Source: Promethearchaeota archaeon | GTDB lineage: Archaea > Asgardarchaeota > Lokiarchaeia > Sigyniarchaeales > SOKP01 | Assembly (NCBI GenBank): GCA_016839765.1 | Contig: JAEOTP010000034.1 | Coordinates: forward strand, 1 to 64,000 | Length of the DNA: 64,000 nt | Direction: 5' to 3' | Part shown: in pieces, positions 29,885-41,399 of the stretch | Layout of the letters: each line of letters begins with the position of its first letter | How positions within the stretch are numbered: position 1 is the first letter of the stretch | The notes under the pieces: generated by a model | Told to the model about the DNA's origin: nothing | What the model saw: only the letters and a program-made list of their open reading frames with translations | The model's database searches: none | Program-made: the position numbers and the translations under genes

Positions 29885-31213
29885 TTAAGAGGATATATCT
29901 AAGTCTGTAAATGCTATATAAGGCAAATAAGAATTTTCTGCAAACTCACGCTCTTTAGAGATATAAACATAATTATTTATCATTTGCAGGACATTTCCAC
30001 TAACATTTCCAAGTTTAATAGGATTCTTAAATTTACCATTCCGAATGTAATATCCATTTCTTATTTCTGCTCCAAAAAATCCTGATATGGGATCCGGTCT
30101 TAACCATGAAAATTTCTCCAGATAATACCCCTCATCGATATTTGAAATCATCTCATCCAAGGATATTTCACCAGGAAGGATGGTAAAATTACTTATTCCA
30201 TTAATAACTGAGCCATCATCATCTCTGATACCATTACCAGTCGATATTGTACTTTCTAATAATGCATATTTTTGATCATATAATCTATTTTTAAAAATTC
30301 CTTGATTAATTATCTCAGTTTTTTGATGAGGATTACCTTCTCCATCCCAAGGGCTGGTGTTTAGTCCACCATTTAGTAATCCATTATCTGTCAATGAAAA
30401 GTTATCAGAAGCAATTTTCTCCTCCAAATTAAAGGCAGATACTCCTTCAAAATGAGCAAACCCTAATGTATGAAAACCTATTACCGAATTTATAGCAATT
30501 TTTAACACATGAGGAGGAAATATTACAATTGATTTAGGATTAGGTTTTGGTAATTCGGCTGTCAAATTATCTATGGCAAGAATTGCCCACTTTTTGATTC
30601 TATGTTCAAAATTTAAATGTTCCCTCTCTTTAAAATAATTATAAGTCCAGTATTCAGCTAATTTATTATCTTTTTCAGCTTTTAAAGAAAATTCACAAAA
30701 GAAAAAAGTTTTTGAAGCCTCGAGATTAAGTTGATTACTGTTTCTTAGGAATGAATGATGAACATGAATTCTGAATCGCCCAAAAGTGGGAAGAACATTT
30801 TTTTGTTCATTTACTACTTTAATTAATTCCTCACATAAATCTTTTTTAATTCCCACAGGATCATTTAATACTTTTTTATCAACCATTGAAATTTCTGGAA
30901 GTAACTTCTTTTCAGGAAAATTATATTTAGGAGTTACATTAGTTTTTGATGCTCTTAAACAAGTTTCTATAGTATTATCAATATTTTGAAGATTCATTGA
31001 ATTCCCTTTGATTATACCGATTCCTGTTTTATTTCCGCTTTGATTTAAAATTCTTAGAAAATATTCTGTATTTTCGATTTCTCTTTCATTATCAGGTTTG
31101 TTTTTAAGGAAAATGCTTTCAAAAATATTCCTTTCTATTAAGAAAATTTCGTATTGGGAAATATTCTTTGCTTTTATTCTTTTTTCTATGATATCCAATT
31201 TCATTTTAGACAC
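29885..31213 (-). CDS. pmbA: PmbA/TldE family protein
   Basis: DGEG, STGNG, C-terminal TldD/E region; no HExxxH; directly follows tldD. Confidence 0.85.
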   Translation of the reverse strand: MSKMKLDIIEKRIKAKNISQYEIFLIERNIFESIFLKNKPDNEREIENTEYFLRILNQSGNKTGIGIIKGNSMNLQNIDNTIETCLRASKTNVTPKYNFPEKKLLPEISMVDKKVLNDPVGIKKDLCEELIKVVNEQKNVLPTFGRFRIHVHHSFLRNSNQLNLEASKTFFFCEFSLKAEKDNKLAEYWTYNYFKEREHLNFEHRIKKWAILAIDNLTAELPKPNPKSIVIFPPHVLKIAINSVIGFHTLGFAHFEGVSAFNLEEKIASDNFSLTDNGLLNGGLNTSPWDGEGNPHQKTEIINQGIFKNRLYDQKYALLESTISTGNGIRDDDGSVINGISNFTILPGEISLDEMISNIDEGYYLEKFSWLRPDPISGFFGAEIRNGYYIRNGKFKNPIKLGNVSGNVLQMINNYVYISKEREFAENSYLPYIAFTDLDISS

Positions 31214-31220
31214 TTTTTAT

Positions 31221-32615
31221 TCACCCTTGGCTTACTAATGCATTGTTTACTCTAATATAACTTCCACCAGAACTTACTGGAATATAATCTTCGCTACCTT
31301 TTCCACAGGTACCACCATCTAATTTTAAAGTATCTTTACTTATCGCGTCAATATTTTGTAATAACTCTAAAACAGAACCACTTAAAGCAACTGATCTCAA
31401 TATTTTGGTTTTTTCTCCATTTTCTATTAAATAGCCTTTTTTAGATGTTCCTTGCATTCCACCGCCTATAGGATCTTCCATACCAAAATTTCCATGTATT
31501 AACATTACTCCATTTTGAATTTCTGATATCATCTCATCTAGCTCATGATCTCCCGGTTCAAAATAGGTGTTTGACATACGTACATTTAACGGATGTGCAA
31601 AACTTTCTCTGCGTCCATTTCCTTGAGGAATAGTATTAAGTTCTGAGGCAGATCTTCTATCATAAATGAAATTTTTTAGGATACCATCTTCGACTAATGC
31701 ATTTTTCCCTGCTCGAATACCCTCATCATCGAAAAAATATGAACCTATAGGGCCACTTAAGGAAGGGTTATCATAAATTTTACAAATATCTGAAGCTACC
31801 TTTTTATGAAGATGTTGTTTTAAATAACTTCTCTCCCTTAATACTTGATCCGCTTCAAGTCCATGTCCAAAACTTTCATGGGCAATAAGACCTGTAACAC
31901 TTGGATCTAAAATAACTGTTGATCTACCTGAGGGTGGAGCTATTGCCTTTAACATTTCTAATGAAGACTGAGCAATCATATCTAGTTTTTCAGTAGTAAT
32001 TTCATCAAAAATTTCAAATCCGATTTCACCATTCTTACGATAGTAATCGTAGTCTACCACAGCACCTTCTCTTGCAATAGGAATAATAAAAAATTTTATT
32101 CTGGGGATTACTTGCCTTAAGAGACATCCTTCATTGTTAGAAAAAATTCGTTCTATTAGAAATTCATTATATCTCACTTCTGTTCTAATAATTCGATTGT
32201 CAAAATTTTGTACATAATCATATATCTCTCTGATCTTCTCTAATTTTTTGTCAATTGGTATTTTAGAAGAGTCTTTTTTAGGTATTATTTCTTCATTTAA
32301 TATCCAGCCCTCAAATTCTGCAATTTTATTCCCCATATTTGAAACTTTAGGTATCAATTCTTGGATTTTTTTGATATCAGATATATTATTAAATGCTATT
32401 TCTTTCCATGCTCCTAAAAAAGTTCTGGCGACAATACCAGAGGTTTTCTTATTTATATTAATATCCTCTGCAGAAGGTGATTTTGTAATTTGAATGGATG
32501 AAATAGAATCATAAAGGATATCAAAGTATTGATTTTTTCGCTTGAATCCATTTGATATTTCTTCGAAAAGAGAGAAAATTTCATCGTAAGATGTCTCATT
32601 CATAATTGAATTCAA
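31221..32615 (-). CDS. tldD: TldD metalloprotease
   Basis: HESFGHGLEAD zinc motif, DDEG, GNGRRES, RMSNT, CGK. Confidence 0.92.
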   Translation of the reverse strand: MNSIMNETSYDEIFSLFEEISNGFKRKNQYFDILYDSISSIQITKSPSAEDININKKTSGIVARTFLGAWKEIAFNNISDIKKIQELIPKVSNMGNKIAEFEGWILNEEIIPKKDSSKIPIDKKLEKIREIYDYVQNFDNRIIRTEVRYNEFLIERIFSNNEGCLLRQVIPRIKFFIIPIAREGAVVDYDYYRKNGEIGFEIFDEITTEKLDMIAQSSLEMLKAIAPPSGRSTVILDPSVTGLIAHESFGHGLEADQVLRERSYLKQHLHKKVASDICKIYDNPSLSGPIGSYFFDDEGIRAGKNALVEDGILKNFIYDRRSASELNTIPQGNGRRESFAHPLNVRMSNTYFEPGDHELDEMISEIQNGVMLIHGNFGMEDPIGGGMQGTSKKGYLIENGEKTKILRSVALSGSVLELLQNIDAISKDTLKLDGGTCGKGSEDYIPVSSGGSYIRVNNALVSQG

Positions 32616-32710
32616 TTAGAAATAGTTGAAGAAGTATAATTAAAGAAAATTTAAATTATATCCCAATTTGCCTTGATTTTATATCAAATTAAAATAAAGA
32701 AAAAAATACT

Positions 32711-33634
32711 TCATTTCTTCGTTTGCTCATTCTTATTCTTATTAAGAGCTTCTTCTAGAATACTTATCCTCTTTTCGAGAATGGTCATAGTTTCTATCAT
32801 GTTGTTAGTAGTATTATTTAATTCCTTTATTTCATTTTGAATAATTCCTAGCTGATTCAATGTAAATGAGAAGACATTAGATTCTTCAACGGGTTTCAAT
32901 AACCAATCTAAGCAGTTTTGTAGGAAAAGGTTATTATCCAGTGCATTTATTCCAATGTTAAGATCATTAGTAAATATGTCAATATCACCGATAGCGATAA
33001 TTTTTCCTTGACCAAATTCTGTATATGCTGCTAGAATTTGTTGCTGTTCTTTATCTTTAACCCATTGCTCCTTTGAACTCTTAAATATCTCTGACCATAC
33101 ATTTTCTTCATTTGATAGTATTAATGGTCTACTATTCTTATTTAAAAATAAAGAACAAGCACCTCCAATAACTATTTCTCTTAAATTATTCGAAACTTCA
33201 TTTTCTTGGAAATTTTGTATATGAGTAATACTCGAGCTATTTAGTTCAATGGAATTTAATTCTTTAACAAGATTTTTTTCAAAAAAAATTCCGAAGTTTG
33301 TTCCAGAGAGATCATTCAAATTTGTTTTTTGAAGATAATCAGCACCATATTCACTAATCAATAATAAGCTGCCTCCAATCCTGACGTAATTACAAATGTC
33401 TTTTATTTCTAAATTTGAAAAATAATCATCAATTGGATTACCAATAACTAAGATATCGACGTTTTCTAGCAATTTACTTGTTAGATTTTTATTCTCATTT
33501 TTTTTTATCTTCAAATTAAAGCGTTTGAGAAGATTTAAAAAGTCAGAGAAATCATTTTCATTAATATCTAACATTTCATTATGAAATAGATCAAAAAGAA
33601 TAGTTCTTTCAAGCATTTTTTCTATAAATTTCAA
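32711..33634 (-). CDS. GIFT/DUF4350-like (GldG/IFT52-type) alpha/beta protein with C-terminal coiled coil
   Basis: ILFD..HNE, DILVIGNP, EI..I.NYV..GGSLLL, NLNDL...FGI, G.GKIIAIGD..IF, N..F..N.L.WL. Confidence 0.65.
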   Translation of the reverse strand: MKFIEKMLERTILFDLFHNEMLDINENDFSDFLNLLKRFNLKIKKNENKNLTSKLLENVDILVIGNPIDDYFSNLEIKDICNYVRIGGSLLLISEYGADYLQKTNLNDLSGTNFGIFFEKNLVKELNSIELNSSSITHIQNFQENEVSNNLREIVIGGACSLFLNKNSRPLILSNEENVWSEIFKSSKEQWVKDKEQQQILAAYTEFGQGKIIAIGDIDIFTNDLNIGINALDNNLFLQNCLDWLLKPVEESNVFSFTLNQLGIIQNEIKELNNTTNNMIETMTILEKRISILEEALNKNKNEQTKK

Positions 33635-33764
33635 GTAAATTATTATTTAAAAATTATTGTATTGCTAACCTAAGGACTAAAAACTTTTTAAATCTTAATG
33701 AATAATCCATTTTGGAACACACAAATGATATTAAATTTAAGTTAAACAAATCTAAATTTGAAAT

Positions 33765-35105
<1,341 letters not shown>

Positions 35106-35119
35106 ATCCAATATTCTAA

Positions 35120-35632
35120 TTAATTCTTTAATTTTTTTTCTAATTCAATCTCATCTCTAATTTCAATATCATAAAAACCTAATATTGAGATTTCAGGTTT
35201 TAATTTTCTTGAATCCTTAATGGCATCAATATATATCGCTTTGATTCGAAATCCCTTCTTCTGATAAAAACGTAGGGCATCGAGATTATCATTAGTGGTA
35301 ATTACCCATATTCGTTTAACCTTTTTTGATAGTAGAAATGACTCTAATGATCCTAATAAAGATGTTCCTATCCCAATATTTACAATTAAACTATTCAATG
35401 TTATAATTTCACATTCTTCATTTTCAATAATGTATGTTAAAAGCCCCGCTTTTTCATTCTTATAAACCGCAATAAACCCGGGAAGGTTTTCTATATCATG
35501 AGATCTTCCACGGGTAACTATTCTATTTGATGACCATTCTTCCTTAATAAGTTGGGAAATCCATTTTCGATCATCCTCTTCTACTAATCTGATATGTATG
35601 CGCTTATTTTCTTTTGAAATAAATAGACTCAC
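35120..35632 (-). CDS. GNAT family acetyltransferase
   Basis: EIITLNS...GIGTSLL, VITTNDNLDALRFYQKKGF. Confidence 0.9.
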   Translation of the reverse strand: MSLFISKENKRIHIRLVEEDDRKWISQLIKEEWSSNRIVTRGRSHDIENLPGFIAVYKNEKAGLLTYIIENEECEIITLNSLIVNIGIGTSLLGSLESFLLSKKVKRIWVITTNDNLDALRFYQKKGFRIKAIYIDAIKDSRKLKPEISILGFYDIEIRDEIELEKKLKN

Positions 35633-35635
35633 CTC

Positions 35636-36193
35636 TTATTTGAAACAAATTAAACCAAATCTGTATGCATAATTAATGGGAGGCCATTCTATTGGAATAT
35701 TAATATTTTTTACTGTTTTATCAACATCTATACCAACTGCTTCCATTGAATACCTTAACTTATTTGGATAACGGCAAGGTTTATTTTGATCATAGGTGCA
35801 TTTTTTATTTACATTATAACAAACTCTACAATAACCGTCCCATAAAATTAATTTATCATCATAAAAAATTTCATAAGTCTCTAAAAAATTCCATATCTCT
35901 GTTTCTAAATTATCTCGAATAGTTTCCTTACGATAGAATGATTTCCTTATAGAATCTTCGCTTTTTTGTGGATTTTTTGATTTAATCTCCTGTATATAGG
36001 TTTTAAGATTGAATTTATAATATATTAAGAAGAATTTATCGAATTGAGAGATTTCTTTTTCCATGTAGGGGGCCTCAGGAGGACATGCCCATGAATGGCT
36101 ATAATTTGGACATTTGAATCCTGGATTATTACAGTAAGTCTGGACTTTAGGATTAAAAATAATATCTTTCAAACTAATTTTAATAGCTGGCAA
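35636..36193 (-). CDS. DUF2284 metal-binding protein
   Basis: C..CPNY..SWACPP, G.C..C, C....CRYP..RYSMEAVGIDV. Confidence 0.85.
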   Translation of the reverse strand: MPAIKISLKDIIFNPKVQTYCNNPGFKCPNYSHSWACPPEAPYMEKEISQFDKFFLIYYKFNLKTYIQEIKSKNPQKSEDSIRKSFYRKETIRDNLETEIWNFLETYEIFYDDKLILWDGYCRVCYNVNKKCTYDQNKPCRYPNKLRYSMEAVGIDVDKTVKNINIPIEWPPINYAYRFGLICFK

Positions 36194-36377
36194 AAGATCA
36201 TATTTCTTACTTCGAAATGAATTAATTCAAATGAATGATGATTTTATAAAAAGCCTTACTTTTATTGTTAATAACTATAAACTGTTTAAAAGATATAAGC
36301 CTTTTAAAGAATAAAATATAAATAGAATAATACATCATCTTTTTAATCCATTAAATTAAGTCTAAAAATATATATTT

Positions 36378-37031
36378 GTGATTAAAATGAAATTATTGAA
36401 AGAAAAGAAAAATGAATTAACTGAAATAAATAACGAATTTTTAGCAGAAACATTGGCTGGTATTGAAGCTCTCCATAAAGCAACTAATCAATTTATTAAT
36501 GATAAATTATATAAGAATGAACTTGAGGATGTAATCCTGTCGGAAAAAAAATGCGACCGTATTAAAGAAAAGTATGTTCAAGTTCTATTTAAAGATAAAA
36601 GAGCACTTCCTTTCTTAGTGGAAGATAGATTTAATATTCTTATGAAGCTAGATCAAGTTAATGACAAAGCAGAATTTTTTGCTCGGTTTCTCCAAGTTTA
36701 TCCATTCAAGCTTTATGCTGACATTAAGGAAAAGTTTATAACATTATGCGATTCTTGTTATAAAACAGTTAAAGAATTGATAAATATTGCTACATTAATA
36801 GAAACGGATTTTGATGGAGCCTATAAAGTAACGTTTAACGTAGAATCAAATAGAAGAGAAGCTCGTAAAGCAAAATTTGAATTATTAGATATTCTATTTA
36901 AGAAAAAAGATGATCCTACTAAGATTTACCTAACTTCTAAACTTGTAACATATATTTACGATATTGCTTCTTGGGCCGAACAAACTTCAGATTATTTAAG
37001 AGGATTAATAATAAAATATCCAACAAGATAA
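36378..37031 (+). CDS. DUF47 (PhoU-like) phosphate transport regulator
   Basis: Helical-bundle pattern E..CD, LP...EDR...LD.V.D, E...; upstream of a PiT gene. Confidence 0.8.
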   Translation: MIKMKLLKEKKNELTEINNEFLAETLAGIEALHKATNQFINDKLYKNELEDVILSEKKCDRIKEKYVQVLFKDKRALPFLVEDRFNILMKLDQVNDKAEFFARFLQVYPFKLYADIKEKFITLCDSCYKTVKELINIATLIETDFDGAYKVTFNVESNRREARKAKFELLDILFKKKDDPTKIYLTSKLVTYIYDIASWAEQTSDYLRGLIIKYPTR

Positions 37032-37052
37032 ATTATAGACGGTAGAAAAGAT

Positions 37053-38021
37053 ATGGAACTAATGTATATCATTACTATTTTTTTGGTTATTTCAATCATT
37101 ATTAGTTTTGGAATAGGTGCTAACGATGAAACTATGGCTACTCTATATGGTTCAAAAACATTAAGAATGAAAGAATTACTTATTCTCGCAAGTATCTTTG
37201 CAATTTTGGGCGCATTAGTATTAGGAGAGGGTGTAAGTGAAACTATAGGGAATAACCTATTATCTATTGAGGTTACAACTTCAATTGTATTAACAATACT
37301 AATTTCTACAGCCATTTGGCTAATTGTTTCTTCTGCATTAGGTTTGCCAATTTCTACCACGCACGCAACTATTGGTTCAATTATCGGAGTGGGAATTTTA
37401 TTAGGTGGAGGTTTTGGAATAAATTGGCTTACTATTTTGGAGATGGGAATTTGGTGGATATTATCGCCAGTTATAGGATATATTGTTACTTATTTCGCGT
37501 ATAAAGCAATTCACAAGGTAATAATTAATCGGCTCTCAGGTTTCAGAAGTTTTGAAAAAACAGAAAAAAATTTCTCTTACATTTTACTGGCGGTTATCTG
37601 TTGGACTGCCTTTTCTAGAGCTGGGAATGACTGTTCAAATGCAGTTGGCATTGTGGTAGGCGCTGGAGCTGGAATAGATATTACAATCCTATTAATAATT
37701 ACTGGGCTTAGCTTTGCAAGTGGAATAGTGATTTTAGGAAGAGGCGTGATAAAAAATGTTGGAACAATTACAGAGCTACACCCAAGTACTGCTTTTGCAA
37801 GTGAAATTCCTACTGCAGTTATATTGTTCTTTGGAACCCTATTAGGAATCCCATTATCCGGTTCACATATGTTGGTTGCATCATTGGTAGGATTAGCAAA
37901 GGCTAGAAGAGCACCAACAAGCAAGGGTCTATGGAAAATTGTTTTAATATGGTTAATAACTTTTCCAGTAGCAGCAATTCTTTCTATTGCGATCTTCTTT
38001 CCTATTAATATGATTATATAA
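37053..38021 (+). CDS. PiT family inorganic phosphate transporter
   Basis: GAND signature, GLPISTTH, AGND, GIPLS.SH. Confidence 0.92.
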   Translation: MELMYIITIFLVISIIISFGIGANDETMATLYGSKTLRMKELLILASIFAILGALVLGEGVSETIGNNLLSIEVTTSIVLTILISTAIWLIVSSALGLPISTTHATIGSIIGVGILLGGGFGINWLTILEMGIWWILSPVIGYIVTYFAYKAIHKVIINRLSGFRSFEKTEKNFSYILLAVICWTAFSRAGNDCSNAVGIVVGAGAGIDITILLIITGLSFASGIVILGRGVIKNVGTITELHPSTAFASEIPTAVILFFGTLLGIPLSGSHMLVASLVGLAKARRAPTSKGLWKIVLIWLITFPVAAILSIAIFFPINMII

Positions 38022-38113
38022 TTTTTCTTTATTATTAGGTTAGCTCTTTTCAATATAATATTTATATAATTCAGGTTACTTACTAATTTTATCAAACTAT
38101 AAAATTATGTAAT

Positions 38114-38935
38114 GTGATCGAAATGTCAAACAATAGAAAAGGTCTTATTGGAATCATCATAGGGATGTTTCTTGTAGGAGGTTTAGCAGGTGGATTTATT
38201 GGTTATTTCTTTCCAAGGGGAGTACCAACCGCAGGTTCTTTTAATGCTGTTATTGATGGATATTTCAATGAAGATGAGGGATGGCAATATTCTGATTGGC
38301 AATATACAGAATATCTGCTAACTGATGATGATAATCTAGATTGTTTTAACTTTTTTTATGTTCATTTAACTCAATCATCACTTTATATCTTAGTAGATTT
38401 TGTTAGTGATATTACAAATGATACGACTGACGAATATCTTGCTGTCTGGATTGACACTGACAATTCTCAAACAACTTTTTATGGTGATATTGATTGGAAC
38501 AGTTTTGTTGGTGCTCCAGGACATGAACTGTTATGCTATATACCACAAACAAATACGATTAATGATACTTTGCGTATTGATGTCTGGTCAATTACAAATA
38601 TATATTTAACAACTTTAAATGAATCAGAGTCTACAGTTAAGTTTGGATTCCAATCTTCAATAAATGGGGTACAATTACATCGAATTTTTGAAATTGAAAT
38701 AAATAGAGATTCACTAAGTGCATTTAATGCTACTAATTTTAATTTAGGTTTTCTAGGTTATGGAACAGTATTAATTCCCTTATACTTTGACACTGGTTTT
38801 TGGGGCGCTCCAACGCTATTTTCTTCAGACTTTTATTATTGCAATTATTTCTATCTTTCTGGATGGATAAGAGAAGCTGCTTTCTTTAAATGTGGATATG
38901 GAACTGGTATATATGATTTAACAAATAAACCTTAA
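38114..38935 (+). CDS. Membrane-anchored extracellular protein (DOMON/CBM9-like sandwich possible)
   Basis: N-terminal TM helix, IDG....EW, LYILVD, VWIDTDN, FEIEI. Confidence 0.6.
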   Translation: MIEMSNNRKGLIGIIIGMFLVGGLAGGFIGYFFPRGVPTAGSFNAVIDGYFNEDEGWQYSDWQYTEYLLTDDDNLDCFNFFYVHLTQSSLYILVDFVSDITNDTTDEYLAVWIDTDNSQTTFYGDIDWNSFVGAPGHELLCYIPQTNTINDTLRIDVWSITNIYLTTLNESESTVKFGFQSSINGVQLHRIFEIEINRDSLSAFNATNFNLGFLGYGTVLIPLYFDTGFWGAPTLFSSDFYYCNYFYLSGWIREAAFFKCGYGTGIYDLTNKP

Positions 38936-39253
38936 AATTAACCTTAAAATTAAATCAAAATTTTTTTTCTTTATTTTGCGGAAAAAGGGATATTCCTTGA
39001 TACAGATTTAATTTTTTTTATATAATGTATTTTTAGCATTTCAGTATAAATTCATTTGTTCAAATCGTGCTTGAGCAAATATTTTCATTCGAAGTCAAGT
39101 CATGCGCTTAAAAGGGATAATAATAAATATCATTATAAATATTTTACTAACTCCTAATTACATATTAAATGAAAAAAGAAAATAAGATTTTAGTTTTTGA
39201 TATATAATTTACTTTTGAACCCTGAATTAGAACTTCAGGAAGTTTTTTTGAGA

Positions 39254-39568
39254 TTACCCTTTTACATCTTTTTTCAGTTTCATTAAAACGGGGAGACTTT
39301 TTGCAACTTCTATAGCGGGGGAGGTTTTGACAAATTTTATAAGACCAGGACGCGCAATTCTCCACATATTAGTACTTCTGACCATCGCCTCTTCACTCTC
39401 GGCTTCAGTTAAACTAATCCCCCAATAGTCTGATGTACTTACATGAAAAACAATATCATTAATTCCTTCAGTGGGATAAATTTTTTTGCTAATTAACTCT
39501 TGAGCTACTTCAGCTATCTCGGTTGGATCCAGATCAGGGTTAAGTTCCCAGTATGAAATAAATAACAC
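39254..39568 (-). CDS. Small DUF3303-like ferredoxin-fold protein
   Basis: FISYWEL...P.EG...WG.S..EAESEE...W...PA pattern; GGTGGT SD upstream of the GTG start. Confidence 0.6.
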   Translation of the reverse strand: MLFISYWELNPDLDPTEIAEVAQELISKKIYPTEGINDIVFHVSTSDYWGISLTEAESEEAMVRSTNMWRIARPGLIKFVKTSPAIEVAKSLPVLMKLKKDVKG

Positions 39569-39771
39569 TTTTTTACCACCTTAAGTATAAATTTAATATT
39601 TTTTTCACTTTTTATGAATTAGATTTCAAATTAATGTACAAAGAAATATATATCTATTTAAATCTTTAAAGCTTTGTAAGAATAATCTTATGCAAGAGAA
39701 CAATAAAAAAAGCAAATTAAATAAGCTTTTAAATCGATTAATTGTGCTTGAATCCTTATATTATGCCATTC

Positions 39772-41154
39772 TTATATTTTTTCAAACCTAGCTTGAAAAA
39801 ATCTTAAATATTTAGGTTCATAAATCATTTTCAAACCCTTTATTATATCTCGTTTTTCATAAAGTCTTATAATAGATTTTGCCGTGTATTCCATGTGCGT
39901 ATTTGTGTAAACCCTTCGTGGAATGGTTAATCGTACTAATTCCAATGCTGGAAAAATATTTTCTCCTGTTTCCTTATCCCTTCCCTTAGATACAGCTCCT
40001 CGCTCCATAGTTCTTACTGCTGAATCCTCATATATGGCCGCAGCTAACGTCTGAGCTGGCCATTGATTCCTCGGAAGATGTGGTAAGAATTTCAATGCAT
40101 TGAGAAATACAGCATGTCCACCAATGGGTTTAACGATAGGTACACCAACATCCATGAGCATTTCTCCCAAATGACGTACTTGGTTTATACGATATTTGAG
40201 ATAATTATATTCTGCTCCTTCTCTCAAACCACGCGATAGAGCCTCCAGATCTCTGCCAGCGAGTCCCCCGTAAGTGTGGAGCCCCTCATAAACTACAACC
40301 ATGCTTCTGGTATGTTCGAAAATATCTTTCTCGTTTGTAGCAAGAAATCCACCAATATTTACTAGGCAATCCTTCTTGCTAGAATAAATACATCCATCCG
40401 AATAACTCATCATTTCTCTGAGAATTTCTATAATTGGTGTACTTTCATAACCTTTTTCGCGTTCACGGATGAAATACGCATTTTCACTTGAGCGAGTAGC
40501 ATCAAAAATAATTCTTAATCTATAATCATCGCAAAATTCTCGTAAATTTCTTAAATTCTCCATAGAAATAGGTTGCCCTCCAGCCATATTAACATCCATT
40601 TCTACATTAACAAACGCAATTTTATCAACACCATATTCATCAATGAATGCTTGTAGTTTTTGTAGGTCAACATTTCCTTTAAAAGGGTGCTCATTTTCTG
40701 GATCATGCGCCTCATCAATAATAATATCCACCATCTTCCCTCCAGGTAATTCAACATGAACTTTTGAAGTAGTAAAGTACATATTTCGAGGGACAAGTTG
40801 TTCTGGTTGTACCAGATAGCTATACATTAAATGTTCAGCAGCACGTCCTTGATGAGTAGGTACAACATATTTAAAACCTAAAACATCTTGTATTGATTTC
40901 TCCAAATGATAGAAGTTACGTGCACCAGCATATGCTTCATCTCCCAACATCAGACCTGCCCATTGATTATCTGACATTGCAGAAGTACCAGAATCAGTTA
41001 ATAAGTCAATGAAAACATCTTCAGATTTTAACAAAAATGTATTATAACCTGCTTCTTGAATTGCTTCTTTTCTTCTTTTTTCATCTGGCATTCCCACATG
41101 TTCAATCATTTTAATTTTAAAAGGCTCAACAGGACCATTCATATTCTTAAACAC
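39772..41154 (-). CDS. tpl: Tyrosine phenol-lyase (beta-eliminating lyase)
   Basis: IDLLTDSGT, GDEAYAG, THQGR, SKKD (PLP Lys). TPL-type residues NMYFTT, MERG and LRFF.ARF rather than tryptophanase-type FDTT, EIG and HF. Confidence 0.85.
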   Translation of the reverse strand: MFKNMNGPVEPFKIKMIEHVGMPDEKRRKEAIQEAGYNTFLLKSEDVFIDLLTDSGTSAMSDNQWAGLMLGDEAYAGARNFYHLEKSIQDVLGFKYVVPTHQGRAAEHLMYSYLVQPEQLVPRNMYFTTSKVHVELPGGKMVDIIIDEAHDPENEHPFKGNVDLQKLQAFIDEYGVDKIAFVNVEMDVNMAGGQPISMENLRNLREFCDDYRLRIIFDATRSSENAYFIREREKGYESTPIIEILREMMSYSDGCIYSSKKDCLVNIGGFLATNEKDIFEHTRSMVVVYEGLHTYGGLAGRDLEALSRGLREGAEYNYLKYRINQVRHLGEMLMDVGVPIVKPIGGHAVFLNALKFLPHLPRNQWPAQTLAAAIYEDSAVRTMERGAVSKGRDKETGENIFPALELVRLTIPRRVYTNTHMEYTAKSIIRLYEKRDIIKGLKMIYEPKYLRFFQARFEKI

Positions 41155-41399
41155 ATTATTTATTAATTAAATGTATAAGTATCTTGGAGTAGAAAAAGAT
41201 TTTTGCTAAAATAACCCAAAATTTTCCCATTAAAATAGAGAATTCCATTATTTTATATATATTGATGAAAGGATCAGAGGAAATAGTAATCCCATAATTT
41301 AAAATAATAGGTTTGAAGATTAAAAATATATACAAAAATGTCTTAGTGTTTATCAAAATCAATTTTAATTTTAACGTTAAAAAGTGAATTTAAGATAAA

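Noticed and set aside
39041-39088. Micro-ORF MKIFAQARFEQMNLY echoing the tpl C-terminus (FFQARFEKI)
   Set aside because: Only five residues match. It could be a remnant of a tpl 3' end but is too short to support.
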